64,000 nt of DNA, taken from Trueperaceae bacterium (lineage in GTDB: Bacteria; Deinococcota; Deinococci; Deinococcales; Trueperaceae). The notes under the pieces were generated by a model. The model was not told where the DNA came from and did not search any database. It saw only the letters and a list, made by a program, of their open reading frames with translations. The translations under genes were made by a program, and so were the position numbers. The stretch covers positions 3,520,001 through 3,584,000 of the forward strand of contig OZ243927.1 in assembly GCA_965213925.1 (NCBI GenBank), read 5' to 3'. Shown here piece by piece: positions 9,754 to 21,901 of the stretch (position 1 is the stretch's first letter; each line of letters begins with the position of its first letter).

Positions 9754-11466
9754 CTAATCTCCCGAGGTCGTCTGCTCGCTCGGCGTCACGCCTATAGTCG
9801 TAAGCGCCGAGAACGCCTCGAACGCCATCCACACCGCCGCGACGAGCACCATCGAGCCGAGCACGCCTAGGAGGTAGTTCGGCTCGCCCGTGAGCCCGAA
9901 CCAACCGCCCAAGCTAATCAGCATCGCGACGATCGTAACCGTAAGGATGAAGACCATCGGGATGAGCGTGGGGAGCGCGTTACGTCCCAGCTTGCGCAGA
10001 AAAATCGAGACGACGACGAGCGAGAGTGCGGCTAAGAGTTGATTGGTCGTGCCGAAGAGAGGCCATAGGACGAGTCCGCCCGTGCCGACGCCGCCGCTCG
10101 GACCTTGTGCGCCGAAGGCGAGGAGTAAGCAGCACACGACCGCGACCACCGTGGCAACGACGGGACGCTTTAACGCGCCAACGCCGTACATCTCACCGAT
10201 TTCGGAGAGCACGTAGCGTTGCAGGCGTAAACCTGTATCCATCGTGGTCGCGGCGAAGCTGATGACGACCACGGAGGCGAAGACCTCCGCTGCAGCGACG
10301 GGGATACCCAGGTTGCCAGCGAATACGCCTAGTCCTTGGACGAAGTAACTCGTGGCGTTGCCGCTAGCAGTGCTCCAATCCGTATAGAACGCGCCCGCCC
10401 ATTCGCCCTGCGTGGCGGCGATACCCGCCGTGACGCAGAGCACCGCGCCGAGCGCCAACGCGCCCTCGCCCACCGAGCCGAAGTAACCCACAAAGCGCGC
10501 GTCGGTCTCCTTTTTAAGCTGCTTCGAGGAGGTGCCCGAGGCGACGAGCCCGTGAAAGCCGGAAATCGCGCCGCAAGCGATCGTCACGAATAAAAAGGGA
10601 ATAATCCAGGGTGCGCCCGAAGGGTCAGGGTTGATTGCAGGTGCGACGACTTTAGGGTTGCCGATGAGCACGCCGAGATATAGGATAGTGAGCCCGACGA
10701 AGAGCTGGTGCGAGTTGACGTAGTCTCTAGGTTGTAAGAGGAGCCAGACCGGGAGCAGCGAGGCGACGCCCGCGTAGACGAAAAGAATGAGCACCCACGC
10801 ACCCTCGGGGGGCAAGCTTAGGGTGCTCGCGGGCAGCGAGAGCGGCACATACTGACCAAACCAGATGAGGATGTAGAGCGCGATGAGCGCCCCGATGGAG
10901 GGCCAGAAGAGCTTGCCGCCGCGCCTATAGATGATGTAGCCGACGCTCATGGCGATAGGAATCTGCAACCAAATCGGCATGACGCTGCCGGGAAAGTCTA
11001 CGAACAAACCCGCGATGACGATGGCGAAGACTGCATTGAGCATTAGGAGCAGCAAGAAGATGATGAGCATAAAGAGCGTGCGTGAACGCGGACCGATGAT
11101 CTGCTCGGTAAGTGCGCCGATCGAGCGCCCTTTATGCCGGTTCGAAATCCAGAGCGTGCCGAAGTCGTGAACGCCCGCGAAAAAGACGGTTCCAAAAATA
11201 ATCCACAGAAACGCAGGCAACCAGCCCCAGTAAACGGCAATCGCAGGACCGACGATGGGCGCAGCCCCCGCCACCGAGGTGAAGTGGTGTCCCCACAAAA
11301 CGTGTTTATTGGTCGGTACGTAGTCTACGCCGTCTTCTAACTCGTTAGCGGGCGTCTCGAAGTCCGGGTCGAGCTGATAGATGTATTTGGCGATGAAACG
11401 CGAGTAAAACTGATAAGCTAAATAAAACGCGACCAGACCGACCAGCGCCAGCACGATTGCCCTCAT
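9754..11466 (-). CDS. cstA: CstA-family membrane transporter
   Basis: DGVDYVPT, GHHFTSVAGAAPIVGP, TIACGAISGFH, WPLFGTTNQLLA; SD GGAGAGGGG before ATG 11466. Confidence 0.95.
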   Translation of the reverse strand: MRAIVLALVGLVAFYLAYQFYSRFIAKYIYQLDPDFETPANELEDGVDYVPTNKHVLWGHHFTSVAGAAPIVGPAIAVYWGWLPAFLWIIFGTVFFAGVHDFGTLWISNRHKGRSIGALTEQIIGPRSRTLFMLIIFLLLLMLNAVFAIVIAGLFVDFPGSVMPIWLQIPIAMSVGYIIYRRGGKLFWPSIGALIALYILIWFGQYVPLSLPASTLSLPPEGAWVLILFVYAGVASLLPVWLLLQPRDYVNSHQLFVGLTILYLGVLIGNPKVVAPAINPDPSGAPWIIPFLFVTIACGAISGFHGLVASGTSSKQLKKETDARFVGYFGSVGEGALALGAVLCVTAGIAATQGEWAGAFYTDWSTASGNATSYFVQGLGVFAGNLGIPVAAAEVFASVVVISFAATTMDTGLRLQRYVLSEIGEMYGVGALKRPVVATVVAVVCCLLLAFGAQGPSGGVGTGGLVLWPLFGTTNQLLAALSLVVVSIFLRKLGRNALPTLIPMVFILTVTIVAMLISLGGWFGLTGEPNYLLGVLGSMVLVAAVWMAFEAFSALTTIGVTPSEQTTSGD

Positions 11467-11721
11467 ACGTTTTCCCCTCTCCACCTCGTGATGCTCTTTA
11501 GCCTCGAGCCCAACCCTCAGTAACCGGGTGAGGCAACAGCAAAAACCCACGCTTCAATCTACAAATTTTCGACCCACGCCGAGATTGTATCAGAGCTTGA
11601 GATGAAGTGTGTCTATAAAGAGGTCGCCGGGGACAACGCTTAGTTTAGTCTGCGGAAATTCACTGACATTTTACTTAGCTTTTATTCGGGCTCACTCATG
11701 TGGGGCAGGGCGCAGAGTCAG

Positions 11722-12141
11722 TCAGGTAGCGGGTTTCGTGGCCAAGACTTGGGCGAACCGCAAGAGGTAGCCGTCCGGGTCCATCACCAAAAACTGCTTT
11801 TGACCGTTCAGCACGTCGCCTTGCCGGTACCAGCGCTCTTCTAAGGGAAACTTGAGAGGGTAGCTCGCTACCTCTAACCTCTCCAACAACGCTTCTACGT
11901 CAGCAACGCCAATCTCTAAGTTGATGCCGCGCCCGAGCGGATAGTTCATCTCACCCGTCTGCCAGCTCTCGCCCGCGATAAATTGATCAAGCATAAGTTG
12001 TGCTTTGCCGAGCTGCACATACGCGAAGCGCTCTTCAGGGCGCGAGAAGGCGACCTCGAAACCGAGCACGTCGGTATAGAACGTTAGGCTCTTCTCAAAA
12101 TCCATTACGTAAAGTTCGGGAACGAGCGCCGCCCACTCCAT
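11722..12141 (-). CDS. VOC/glyoxalase-family protein
   Basis: LVPELYV, FYTDVLGF, DPDGYLLRF. Confidence 0.9.
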   Translation of the reverse strand: MEWAALVPELYVMDFEKSLTFYTDVLGFEVAFSRPEERFAYVQLGKAQLMLDQFIAGESWQTGEMNYPLGRGINLEIGVADVEALLERLEVASYPLKFPLEERWYRQGDVLNGQKQFLVMDPDGYLLRFAQVLATKPAT

Positions 12142-12150
12142 AGGTGAGGC

Positions 12151-12675
12151 TTAGCGAACGCGGCTGTACGCCGCTTCGGTCTCGGCGGCGGCCTCTTGCA
12201 CCGCCTTAGGAAATTCGGCGGCGATACCCTCCAAGACGCGCTGCGCGGTGAAGTGAATCATCTTCATGAGCGCCTGTCCGCCCCACTTCTCGGGCTGCGG
12301 CAAATCCAGGTGGATCGTAATGTCGAAGTTGTATTCGACGTGGCTGCCGTTCGGTAGGGGACGTACGTGAGCCTCACCGGCGACTTCCGCCCAGCCCATT
12401 TTAGGCTCGGCAGGGGAACGGGGCTCGAGCCGCGCTCCTCTCGCGTTCGGAAGGAGCACGCTCTCAAAGCTGAGGTCGTGCTGCCCGAAAAGCGCCGCGT
12501 TGATAGGGATGCTCGCGCTGACCTCTTGCGTGCCCTGTGGACCTGGCACAACCGTCAAGTCGCGGATGAACTGTGCTTTGCTTAAACTTTGCTGCGCGTC
12601 CTGCACGAACGCCACCGCCTCACGCTGGGCGAGCGAGAGGTCAAACGCGAAGTGGACGGTGTGGGTGAGCTTCAT
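12151..12675 (-). CDS. DUF3809-like protein (Deinococcota)
   Basis: WAEVAGEA, LPQPEKWGGQAL; adjacent to the DUF3248-like gene. Confidence 0.6.
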   Translation of the reverse strand: MKLTHTVHFAFDLSLAQREAVAFVQDAQQSLSKAQFIRDLTVVPGPQGTQEVSASIPINAALFGQHDLSFESVLLPNARGARLEPRSPAEPKMGWAEVAGEAHVRPLPNGSHVEYNFDITIHLDLPQPEKWGGQALMKMIHFTAQRVLEGIAAEFPKAVQEAAAETEAAYSRVR

Positions 12676-12760
12676 GTGATTCCCTTCACGTATAAGTATA
12701 CGTCAAAAGAGCGGCGAAAGGAGCGGTCGGCGCCACGAACCTCAGTGAGGACGCTGGGCT

Positions 12761-13033
12761 TCATGAGGAGCGTTGCCCCACCCACTCGACGCACACATCG
12801 CCCTCTTTAGCCGCCTCCTCTAACTCTTGGTCGGTCGCATTTCTGAGCTTCGGCAAGTCGCTAAACAGCCCCGCGCTCATGGCAAAGCCGACGCGCACCA
12901 CCACCGGACCGTCGTCGCTCGTACGCCCGATGCGCCAGACGAGTTGCGAGGCGAGCGCGTTCAAGGTTTTGGCGTCGAGGTCGCCCCGGCTGAGCGCGTC
13001 GCCTACGAGTTGGTTTAGGTCGGCTTCAGACAC
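12761..13033 (-). CDS. DUF3248-like protein (Deinococcota)
   Basis: LVWRIGR..VVVRVG..LPKLRN..VEWV. Confidence 0.7.
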   Translation of the reverse strand: MSEADLNQLVGDALSRGDLDAKTLNALASQLVWRIGRTSDDGPVVVRVGFAMSAGLFSDLPKLRNATDQELEEAAKEGDVCVEWVGQRSS

Positions 13034-13310
13034 GAGCGGTTTCCTTACACACGTTTTTTCCTCCCCTTAATCCTCTAGAGCCTAGCATGAAGGTCGTGCG
13101 CAATGTGGAGGTACTCTGCGCACACAAATGGTAGCTTGCTACATAGCGTAGCGGTGTGCGGGCGTTCGCCTCCGTTGTTCTCGTTGTTCTAAGGATGCTC
13201 CGGACACCCATTCAGATATCTAGGTCGCGTAGCCACAACGATTTAGCGGCTCGAGGATGCTCGGGGCCGAATAAGGCTAACTAAGCCAACAGAAAACAAG
13301 GACGTAACCC

Positions 13311-14240
13311 ATGACCCAACCCTCAAAACCGCAAACCCGAACCGGTGTCACTACCGCTCGCTCCCCCAGAGACTACGGCGTGCTGCTCCTCAAAGGCTTT
13401 GCGATGGGCTGCTTCGACATCGTGCCGGGCGTGTCCGGCGGGACGATGGCGCTCATTCTAGGCATCTATAGAGAGCTTATCGAGAGCATCCGGGCACTCG
13501 GACAGCCGCCCTTTCTAGGTGCCGTGTTCCGCTTGGAGTTCGCTAAAGCAGTCACGTTCGTCAATTGGCGCTTTCTCGTGGCGCTAGGCGCGGGCATCGC
13601 TCTGGCGGTCTTTACGCTCGCGAACGTTTTAGAGCACCTCTTGAGCACGCAGGCTACCTTCGTGTGGAGCTTCTTTTTCGGACTCATCGCCGCCTCGGTC
13701 ATCACGGTGAGCGCGCGGGTGGAGCGTTGGCGCGTTCACATCATCGCGGCGTTCGCGTTCGGCGCGGTGTTCGCGTTCTTTCTGGTCGGTTTGACGCCCG
13801 CGCAGACGCCGGAGTCCACCCTCTTTTTGATGCTCTCGGGCGCGCTCGCGGTCTGCGCGCTAATTCTGCCCGGTATTTCGGGCGCGTTTATCCTCGTGCT
13901 GTTAGGGAAATACACCTACGTATTGGGGGCGCTCAGCAGTTTGAACATCCCCGTCATCCTCGCGGTCGGCTTCGGCGCGGTGATTGGGCTCGTCTCCTTT
14001 TCGCAGGTGCTGGGCTGGCTCTTTCGGCGTTACCCGGACCTGACGATTGCCCTTTTGTGCGGCTTTATGCTCGGGTCGCTGCGCAAGGTGTGGCCCTTCA
14101 AGGACGGGACCGCGCTCGAACTCGCTGAGGGTCTCGGCGTCAACACCCTGCCCCCGATGGGCGTCGAATTCGTCCTCGCGCTCCTGCTAGCAGCGCTAGG
14201 TTTCGGGCTCGTCTACCTCTTGGATCAACCTACACGCTAG
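13311..14240 (+). CDS. DUF368-family membrane protein (undecaprenyl-phosphate translocase family)
   Basis: KGFAMG..VPGVSGGTMA and ILPGISGA duplicated motifs; GSLRKVWP. Confidence 0.9.
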   Translation: MTQPSKPQTRTGVTTARSPRDYGVLLLKGFAMGCFDIVPGVSGGTMALILGIYRELIESIRALGQPPFLGAVFRLEFAKAVTFVNWRFLVALGAGIALAVFTLANVLEHLLSTQATFVWSFFFGLIAASVITVSARVERWRVHIIAAFAFGAVFAFFLVGLTPAQTPESTLFLMLSGALAVCALILPGISGAFILVLLGKYTYVLGALSSLNIPVILAVGFGAVIGLVSFSQVLGWLFRRYPDLTIALLCGFMLGSLRKVWPFKDGTALELAEGLGVNTLPPMGVEFVLALLLAALGFGLVYLLDQPTR

Positions 14241-15186
14241 GCGCGGTCCGCTTCGCAACTTTGGACGCGCCCGTCACGCGCCTCGCGTCCTCGGTACCGA
14301 GTACGTCCTCTTCGCCTTGAAAGATGGCTCGCAAAACCTCCGCCCCGCGCACCACACGCGGCCCGGGGCGGCTGAAGTAGCTGTTCGCGTCGCACGCCCA
14401 AACCTGCTGCGATTGGATGGCAGGTAAACCGCGAATTTCAGAACGGGCGTAAAGGGCTTCGGCAAATTTGATGTTCTTTGCTAAGTCATAACCACACGCC
14501 ATCACCACAATGACGTCGGGCGCGCCTTCGGCGATGTCTGCCCAGGTGGTGCGCTTGGACTCGCTTCCGGGCGTGCCTAAGATGTCCTCACCGCCCGCCA
14601 CATGGACCATCTCGGGGACCCAGTGACCGCCGTAAAAGGGCGGGGTGCTCCACTCGAGCATCAGCACTCGAGGCTTGTGTCCTAATTTCAAAGAGGTCGC
14701 GCTGAGCGCGTTCCACCTCTCCCTCAAGGAGGTGATGAGCGCTTCCGCTTCCCTCTCCCTCCTCGTCGCTAACGCGAGCGTCTCGATATCGCGCAAGATG
14801 CCCTCGAAATTCATCCCGCTAAATGAAAGCGTTTGGGCTTCTTCGGGCAAGCACTCAGGCAAGAACTTCAGGGTCGCTTCCACCGCTCCCAAGCCGACCG
14901 CGCAGACGTCGCAAACGCCTTGCGTCACGATGAGGTCGGGCGCGAGCTGCGCGAGCATGTCTCCGTCGATCTGGTAGAGCGCTCTGCCCGCTTGCACCGC
15001 CTCGTTGACCGCCGTGTCAATACCTTGCGGGTCCAAACCTCCCGGCAAGATGCTGCTCGTAATTCGTGGCAACCGCTCGACACCCTTAGGATAGTCACAC
15101 TCGTGACTGACGGCGACGAGGTTGCCTTCAAGTCCTAGTGCGCAGACGATTTCCGTGGCGCTAGGAAGCAAGCTGACAATCTTCAT
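14230..15186 (-). CDS. BtuF/TroA-like substrate-binding protein with no signal peptide
   Basis: IVSLLPSATEIV, SHECDYP, GHWVPEM, FSRPGPR. Confidence 0.8.
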   Translation of the reverse strand: MKIVSLLPSATEIVCALGLEGNLVAVSHECDYPKGVERLPRITSSILPGGLDPQGIDTAVNEAVQAGRALYQIDGDMLAQLAPDLIVTQGVCDVCAVGLGAVEATLKFLPECLPEEAQTLSFSGMNFEGILRDIETLALATRREREAEALITSLRERWNALSATSLKLGHKPRVLMLEWSTPPFYGGHWVPEMVHVAGGEDILGTPGSESKRTTWADIAEGAPDVIVVMACGYDLAKNIKFAEALYARSEIRGLPAIQSQQVWACDANSYFSRPGPRVVRGAEVLRAIFQGEEDVLGTEDARRVTGASKVAKRTAPSV

Positions 15187-15481
15187 GAGGCTCCTTTCTT
15201 CTCGAGAACGAGTAGGGAATTATACGGCTTCGGACTCGTTATTGCACAAATTCCGCTATGAAAATTCGCTTTCCTAGTTCGCTTCAGCACCTCCGAACGA
15301 GCAACTCGCTAAGCGCGCGATGAGAAGAGTGGGATAGAAAATTGAGCCATAAAAATCTCACAGTTTGGCGTACTCAGAGGCTTTATAGAGAGGTGTGAAA
15401 AACGTTAAATATGCGTGGGTGAGGAAATATCGAGGCGTAAATGACCCGCTCGAACCTGCTTTAGAACTCTAAACTAGAGAG

Positions 15482-16486
15482 GTGAACAGGCTCAGCATTC
15501 AGCGGTACGTCAAAGACATCACCCGCGCTCTACCCGCCGAAGAGCGAGACGAACGCCAAAGAGAACTTAGGCGCGAGCTTAGTCTGTTGGCGGATGCTTA
15601 CTTGGAGCGCGGCAAAACTTCAGCCGAAGCCGAGCGAGCGGTCATCGCGCACTACGACCCAACTTACGCGAGCATGGCGGGAACCAAGGTGCGGCAAGAG
15701 GTCGCGCTTTCGCTCGTTATGGTTGCTGCGCTAAGCCTTTTAGCCGTAGCCGCGCCGCAGGTGCTCAGACTCATCAACCAGCCGTTTCAACTCGCCTCGA
15801 GCGCTTCACCTGACGGGACAGCCCATATCTACATGGTGCAAGACGCCATTTCAGCAGGGGTAGGAACGTTCCAAACGGCTGAGTTGACCTTACCAGAGCA
15901 AACGAGGTCGTACGCGCTCTTTCTAATGCAAGGCGATACCCTCATCTCCGCCGCCTCGGGAACACTTCTATCAGAAAGAGATAAAGACGCGCTAACCGTC
16001 GTCTTTGGACCGACGTACGCGACGAACTACCGCTGCGGGTCAGAGGCGCGAAGTCTATATACAGCAGTTTTACGTAGCAGTATGCGTCCCGCTGTGAGCT
16101 TTATGTGCTATAGCGACGTAGGTGCGCCCAGGGATGCACCCTCAGACGCTGTTCCCTACCTCGCGCTGTACGATTCTCTCTTCACAGAGCCGCCCCGCCG
16201 ACTCACACCAGGGGGAGAAGCGGACGCCGCATTCGAAATATGGACGCCGCTCATGGCTTACTTTGAAAGACCTTATGGCTGGCGTGACGAAACGCCTGAA
16301 AGCTTCCACTTCGAGAGCGCTCCTGTCGAGAGGTGGTACGTGCTTTATTTCATGCCCCTCGCGGGTATGGTGGATGTGACGACGCTCGAGCCCCCCTCTT
16401 TGCAGGCGACCTTGGCGTCAGAAGACAACCTCTTGTCCCGCTGGAGCGAGATCAAAAAAGGCTTGAAGTCCGCGCCACAACCCTGA
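15482..16486 (+). CDS. Single-TM hypothetical protein with a HAAS/permease-prefix-like N-terminus
   Basis: IQRYVKDITRALP..RELRREL..AEAERAVI, then a hydrophobic helix. Confidence 0.55.
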   Translation: MNRLSIQRYVKDITRALPAEERDERQRELRRELSLLADAYLERGKTSAEAERAVIAHYDPTYASMAGTKVRQEVALSLVMVAALSLLAVAAPQVLRLINQPFQLASSASPDGTAHIYMVQDAISAGVGTFQTAELTLPEQTRSYALFLMQGDTLISAASGTLLSERDKDALTVVFGPTYATNYRCGSEARSLYTAVLRSSMRPAVSFMCYSDVGAPRDAPSDAVPYLALYDSLFTEPPRRLTPGGEADAAFEIWTPLMAYFERPYGWRDETPESFHFESAPVERWYVLYFMPLAGMVDVTTLEPPSLQATLASEDNLLSRWSEIKKGLKSAPQP

Positions 16487-16498
16487 AAACACGACCCT

Positions 16499-16529
16499 AA
16501 AAAAGAGGCTCCTTCGCGGAGCCTCTTTT
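16499..16529. terminator. Bidirectional intrinsic terminator
   Basis: AAAAAAGAGGCTCC-TTCGC-GGAGCCTCTTTT between convergent genes. Confidence 0.85.
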
Positions 16530-16545
16530 CATTTGCTTGATTGTC

Positions 16546-18936
<2,391 letters not shown>

Positions 18937-19052
18937 GAAAGTATTAGACCGCACACGCACCCGTTTCACCGTAAGGTGGCTAACGCCAGGGCGAGGGGAA
19001 ATCTAACAGTGAGGAGGTCAATAGTCAGCAAACAGTAGTCAGAATCAGCATT

Positions 19053-19589
19053 CTACTGTCTACTGACGACCTCTAACCTCTTCACCGCCTCCTCAACCGT
19101 CTCGGCTGTGCGGACGAGGTCCGCCTCTACGCCTAACTCGTCCCCTAGAAAACGGACGACCCGCGCCCACCTCTCCCCCACCACGACGAGCGGTTTTGCC
19201 TCTACCTCGGCAAACGGCGCGACGTACGCGAGGTTCCACGCCACCATGATTTCGGTGAGCGTGCCGAGCGAGCCGGGCAGCGCGACGGCGGCGACGCTCA
19301 TCTCGGTCAAGAGGTGGATGCGCTCTAAGAGGTGCGGCGCTTCGACCTCTTCGGTGACGTAACCGTTGGCACCAGAACGAGACTTGAACACATCTGGCGC
19401 GGTCACGCCAATGACCTCTCCGCCCGCTTCACCTGCACCTTTGCTCACGGCTTCCATGCTGCCGCCGTAGCCGCCCGTCGCGACGGTATACCCCCGCTCG
19501 GCGAGGCGTCTGCCGAGGGTTTCCGCCTCGAGCCACTCGCCCGAGCCGGGCTGGGTGCTCGAGCTGCCGAACACGCTGACGACCTTCAT
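19053..19589 (-). CDS. LOG-family protein
   Basis: VSVFGSS, TGGYGGSMEA, LPGSLGTLTE. Confidence 0.9.
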   Translation of the reverse strand: MKVVSVFGSSSTQPGSGEWLEAETLGRRLAERGYTVATGGYGGSMEAVSKGAGEAGGEVIGVTAPDVFKSRSGANGYVTEEVEAPHLLERIHLLTEMSVAAVALPGSLGTLTEIMVAWNLAYVAPFAEVEAKPLVVVGERWARVVRFLGDELGVEADLVRTAETVEEAVKRLEVVSRQ

Positions 19590-20524
19590 GACTTTAGCCT
19601 TTGCCTCAGCCCTTGCAGCCGCGCGACCTCTGCGCGCATCCCCGCGTCCTGAACCTCTCGGCTGACGGCTTCGACCTCTTGCGAATCTGAGACAAGTTCT
19701 AACCGCGCCACCTTCGCCCTTAGCGCTAGGGGACGGTGCGGCGCGTTCTCCGCTTCGTGCTCGCTCTGCTGAAGTAATGTAACCTCTTCTTTCGCCAGTC
19801 CTAGAGAGAGAAGCGCCCGCGCTTTGCCTACCGAGTCATCCGCCGCATGAGCGCGGCGAAGCGCCTTCTCGCCTACCTCGACCGCCTTCTTAGGATAGTC
19901 CCACGCGACGTGCGCCTGTGAAAGTCCGGCTAAAGGGGCGACGGAGAGGGATTCAAAGCTCGAGAGTTCGGTCAGCCCCAGCCCCTTGCCGAACAGCTCG
20001 ATGGCCGCTTGCGCTTCGCCTTCGTCCAACGCCAACTCGCCCTGCGCACAGAGCGCGGCAATCGCCAGTGCCCCGTCGCGCTCCGTCTTCGCCTTGTGGA
20101 ACGCCCGCGTGAGGTGCCCCGCCGCCTCTTCGAATTCGCCCAGGTAGCGCAGCGCGTTGCCGAGTTGCAGCGCGGTGTAGCCGTTGTCGGCAAGTTCTAG
20201 CGCGTCATAGAGCTTATTGACAGCACCTTGCAGATTTCCCAAGCGGATGTGCGCCGCGCCTATGCGGGTGAGGAGCATAGGGATTTTGCTCTTGTCGGAG
20301 GACTCGAGCCTCTTCGCCGCGCCTTCTAAGAGGTCACCCCCCTCCTCCAAACGTCCAGCTCGCCACAAGCCGAGCGCGACCTTGGGGGCGTGCTGGACCT
20401 CTTCTTTAGCGATGGCTACGGCTTGCTCGAGCTTGGCGTTCGCCTCACCCAGACGGTTTTGCGAGCGCAACGTTTCGGCGTCGGCGAGGAGGGTCTCGAG
20501 GGGTTCGTCCACGCTACCCATCAT
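19586..20524 (-). CDS. TPR-repeat protein
   Basis: Helical repeats such as LGNALRYLGEFEEAAGHLTRA. Confidence 0.7.
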   Translation of the reverse strand: MMGSVDEPLETLLADAETLRSQNRLGEANAKLEQAVAIAKEEVQHAPKVALGLWRAGRLEEGGDLLEGAAKRLESSDKSKIPMLLTRIGAAHIRLGNLQGAVNKLYDALELADNGYTALQLGNALRYLGEFEEAAGHLTRAFHKAKTERDGALAIAALCAQGELALDEGEAQAAIELFGKGLGLTELSSFESLSVAPLAGLSQAHVAWDYPKKAVEVGEKALRRAHAADDSVGKARALLSLGLAKEEVTLLQQSEHEAENAPHRPLALRAKVARLELVSDSQEVEAVSREVQDAGMRAEVARLQGLRQRLKS

Positions 20525-20567
20525 ACCGTGAGAAGAGCGCTGCGCCGCGCGCCCTTCGGCAGCCGGG

Positions 20568-21641
20568 TCAGGCTCTCTCCAGGAGCGCCTCCGCCTCCGC
20601 CCGGCTGAACCCGACCTCTTCCCCCGCCGCCAAAATACCGTCCCACGCTCTGTCCGCTAGTGGAATCCCTTCACGCTGCCGCGTCTCTTTTGCGCGCCGT
20701 TCGGGGTCGCCGGGGGACAGGACAGGGTTGTCGGGGTCAGCAGGCGGTGACGCCTTGAAATACTCTATCGTCGCGTCGATTTCGGCGCGCATCCAGGGGA
20801 TATCGACGAGTTTCGCGGGGTCAAGCACGAAGGTAAGCATGTTGTTCACGATGCTGCCTTGCCGCTCGTGACCCGGCTGAATCGTGCCGCCGCCCGATAA
20901 AACGCCGCCCAAAAGCTCACAGAAGAGCGCTAAGCCGTAGCCCTTGTGGTCACCGAGAGGTAAGAGCGCGCCGTAAGGCTCGCTGAACATCACGTTGGGG
21001 TCGTTCGTCGGCTTGCCTTGCCCGTCCAAGAGCCTGCCGTCATCGACTTGGACGCCTTTGTTCATCGCCACGCGCGTTTTTCCCAGTGCGATTTTGCTCG
21101 TCGCCATGTCTAAAAGCAGCGGCTCGCTCTCGTCGCCGCCGGGCATAGCGATGCAAATTGGGTTCGTGCCGAAGCGAGCGTCCGTGCCGCCGAAAGGTGC
21201 CACGAGCGGGCGGTGGTCCGTGACGTTGACGAAGTGGAGCGAGACCAAACCCGCGTCAATGCTCCGCTCGCCGTACGTGCCGATACGCCCGATATGGTGC
21301 GCGTTGCGCAGGCTCATGAGCACTAAGCCCGTTTCCTTGCAGCGTTCGGTCGCGGCGTCCATCGCCTCCAACGCCACTCTTTGCCCATAGCCCCTACGTC
21401 CATCGAATACGAGGATGGACCCCTCATCCTTGACCTTTTCCACTTTCGTATTTGGTTTGAGCAGCCCCGCTTTAAGGTGCTTGACGTAGGTCGGAATCAT
21501 CCCGACGCCGTGCGAGTCGTGCCCGGCGAGGTTCGCTCTCACCAAGTGGTCTGTCACAAGCTCGGCTTCGTGCTCGTCGCTGCCGCCCGCCATGATGATG
21601 TGGCGGACAACGTCGCGGAGGTGCGGTTCGGCAATTTGCAT
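20568..21641 (-). CDS. Ldh_2-family malate/L-lactate dehydrogenase (YbiC/HcxB-like)
   Basis: GHDSHG, HHIGRIG, GTNPI, LDMATS, GDHKGYGL; SD AGGAG. Confidence 0.9.
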   Translation of the reverse strand: MQIAEPHLRDVVRHIIMAGGSDEHEAELVTDHLVRANLAGHDSHGVGMIPTYVKHLKAGLLKPNTKVEKVKDEGSILVFDGRRGYGQRVALEAMDAATERCKETGLVLMSLRNAHHIGRIGTYGERSIDAGLVSLHFVNVTDHRPLVAPFGGTDARFGTNPICIAMPGGDESEPLLLDMATSKIALGKTRVAMNKGVQVDDGRLLDGQGKPTNDPNVMFSEPYGALLPLGDHKGYGLALFCELLGGVLSGGGTIQPGHERQGSIVNNMLTFVLDPAKLVDIPWMRAEIDATIEYFKASPPADPDNPVLSPGDPERRAKETRQREGIPLADRAWDGILAAGEEVGFSRAEAEALLERA

Positions 21642-21901
21642 GGAAGCTCCTTTTGAGGTCTCGCTCGGTTGACTTGACGTAGGAGCAGAATAACGCAAAA
21701 GTCAGGCGCGTTGCCCGTAAGTTCATACCGGTGTCACACCTTTCAGCAGAACCTCCGTGAAATTTCCCATCTACTTCTCGAGACGTAGAGTTTCTTACTC
21801 GCTCTGCGGCGCGTGTGACGGTATAACAAACGAGTGCTAAAGCCTTCACAATACGTTCATCATTTAGCACCTTGGGTCTTGAGAGAGGGTAGCTAACGAC
21901 G

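Noticed and set aside
11467..11600. Riboswitch in the cstA leader
   Set aside because: Some hairpin potential, but no aptamer consensus I can recognise
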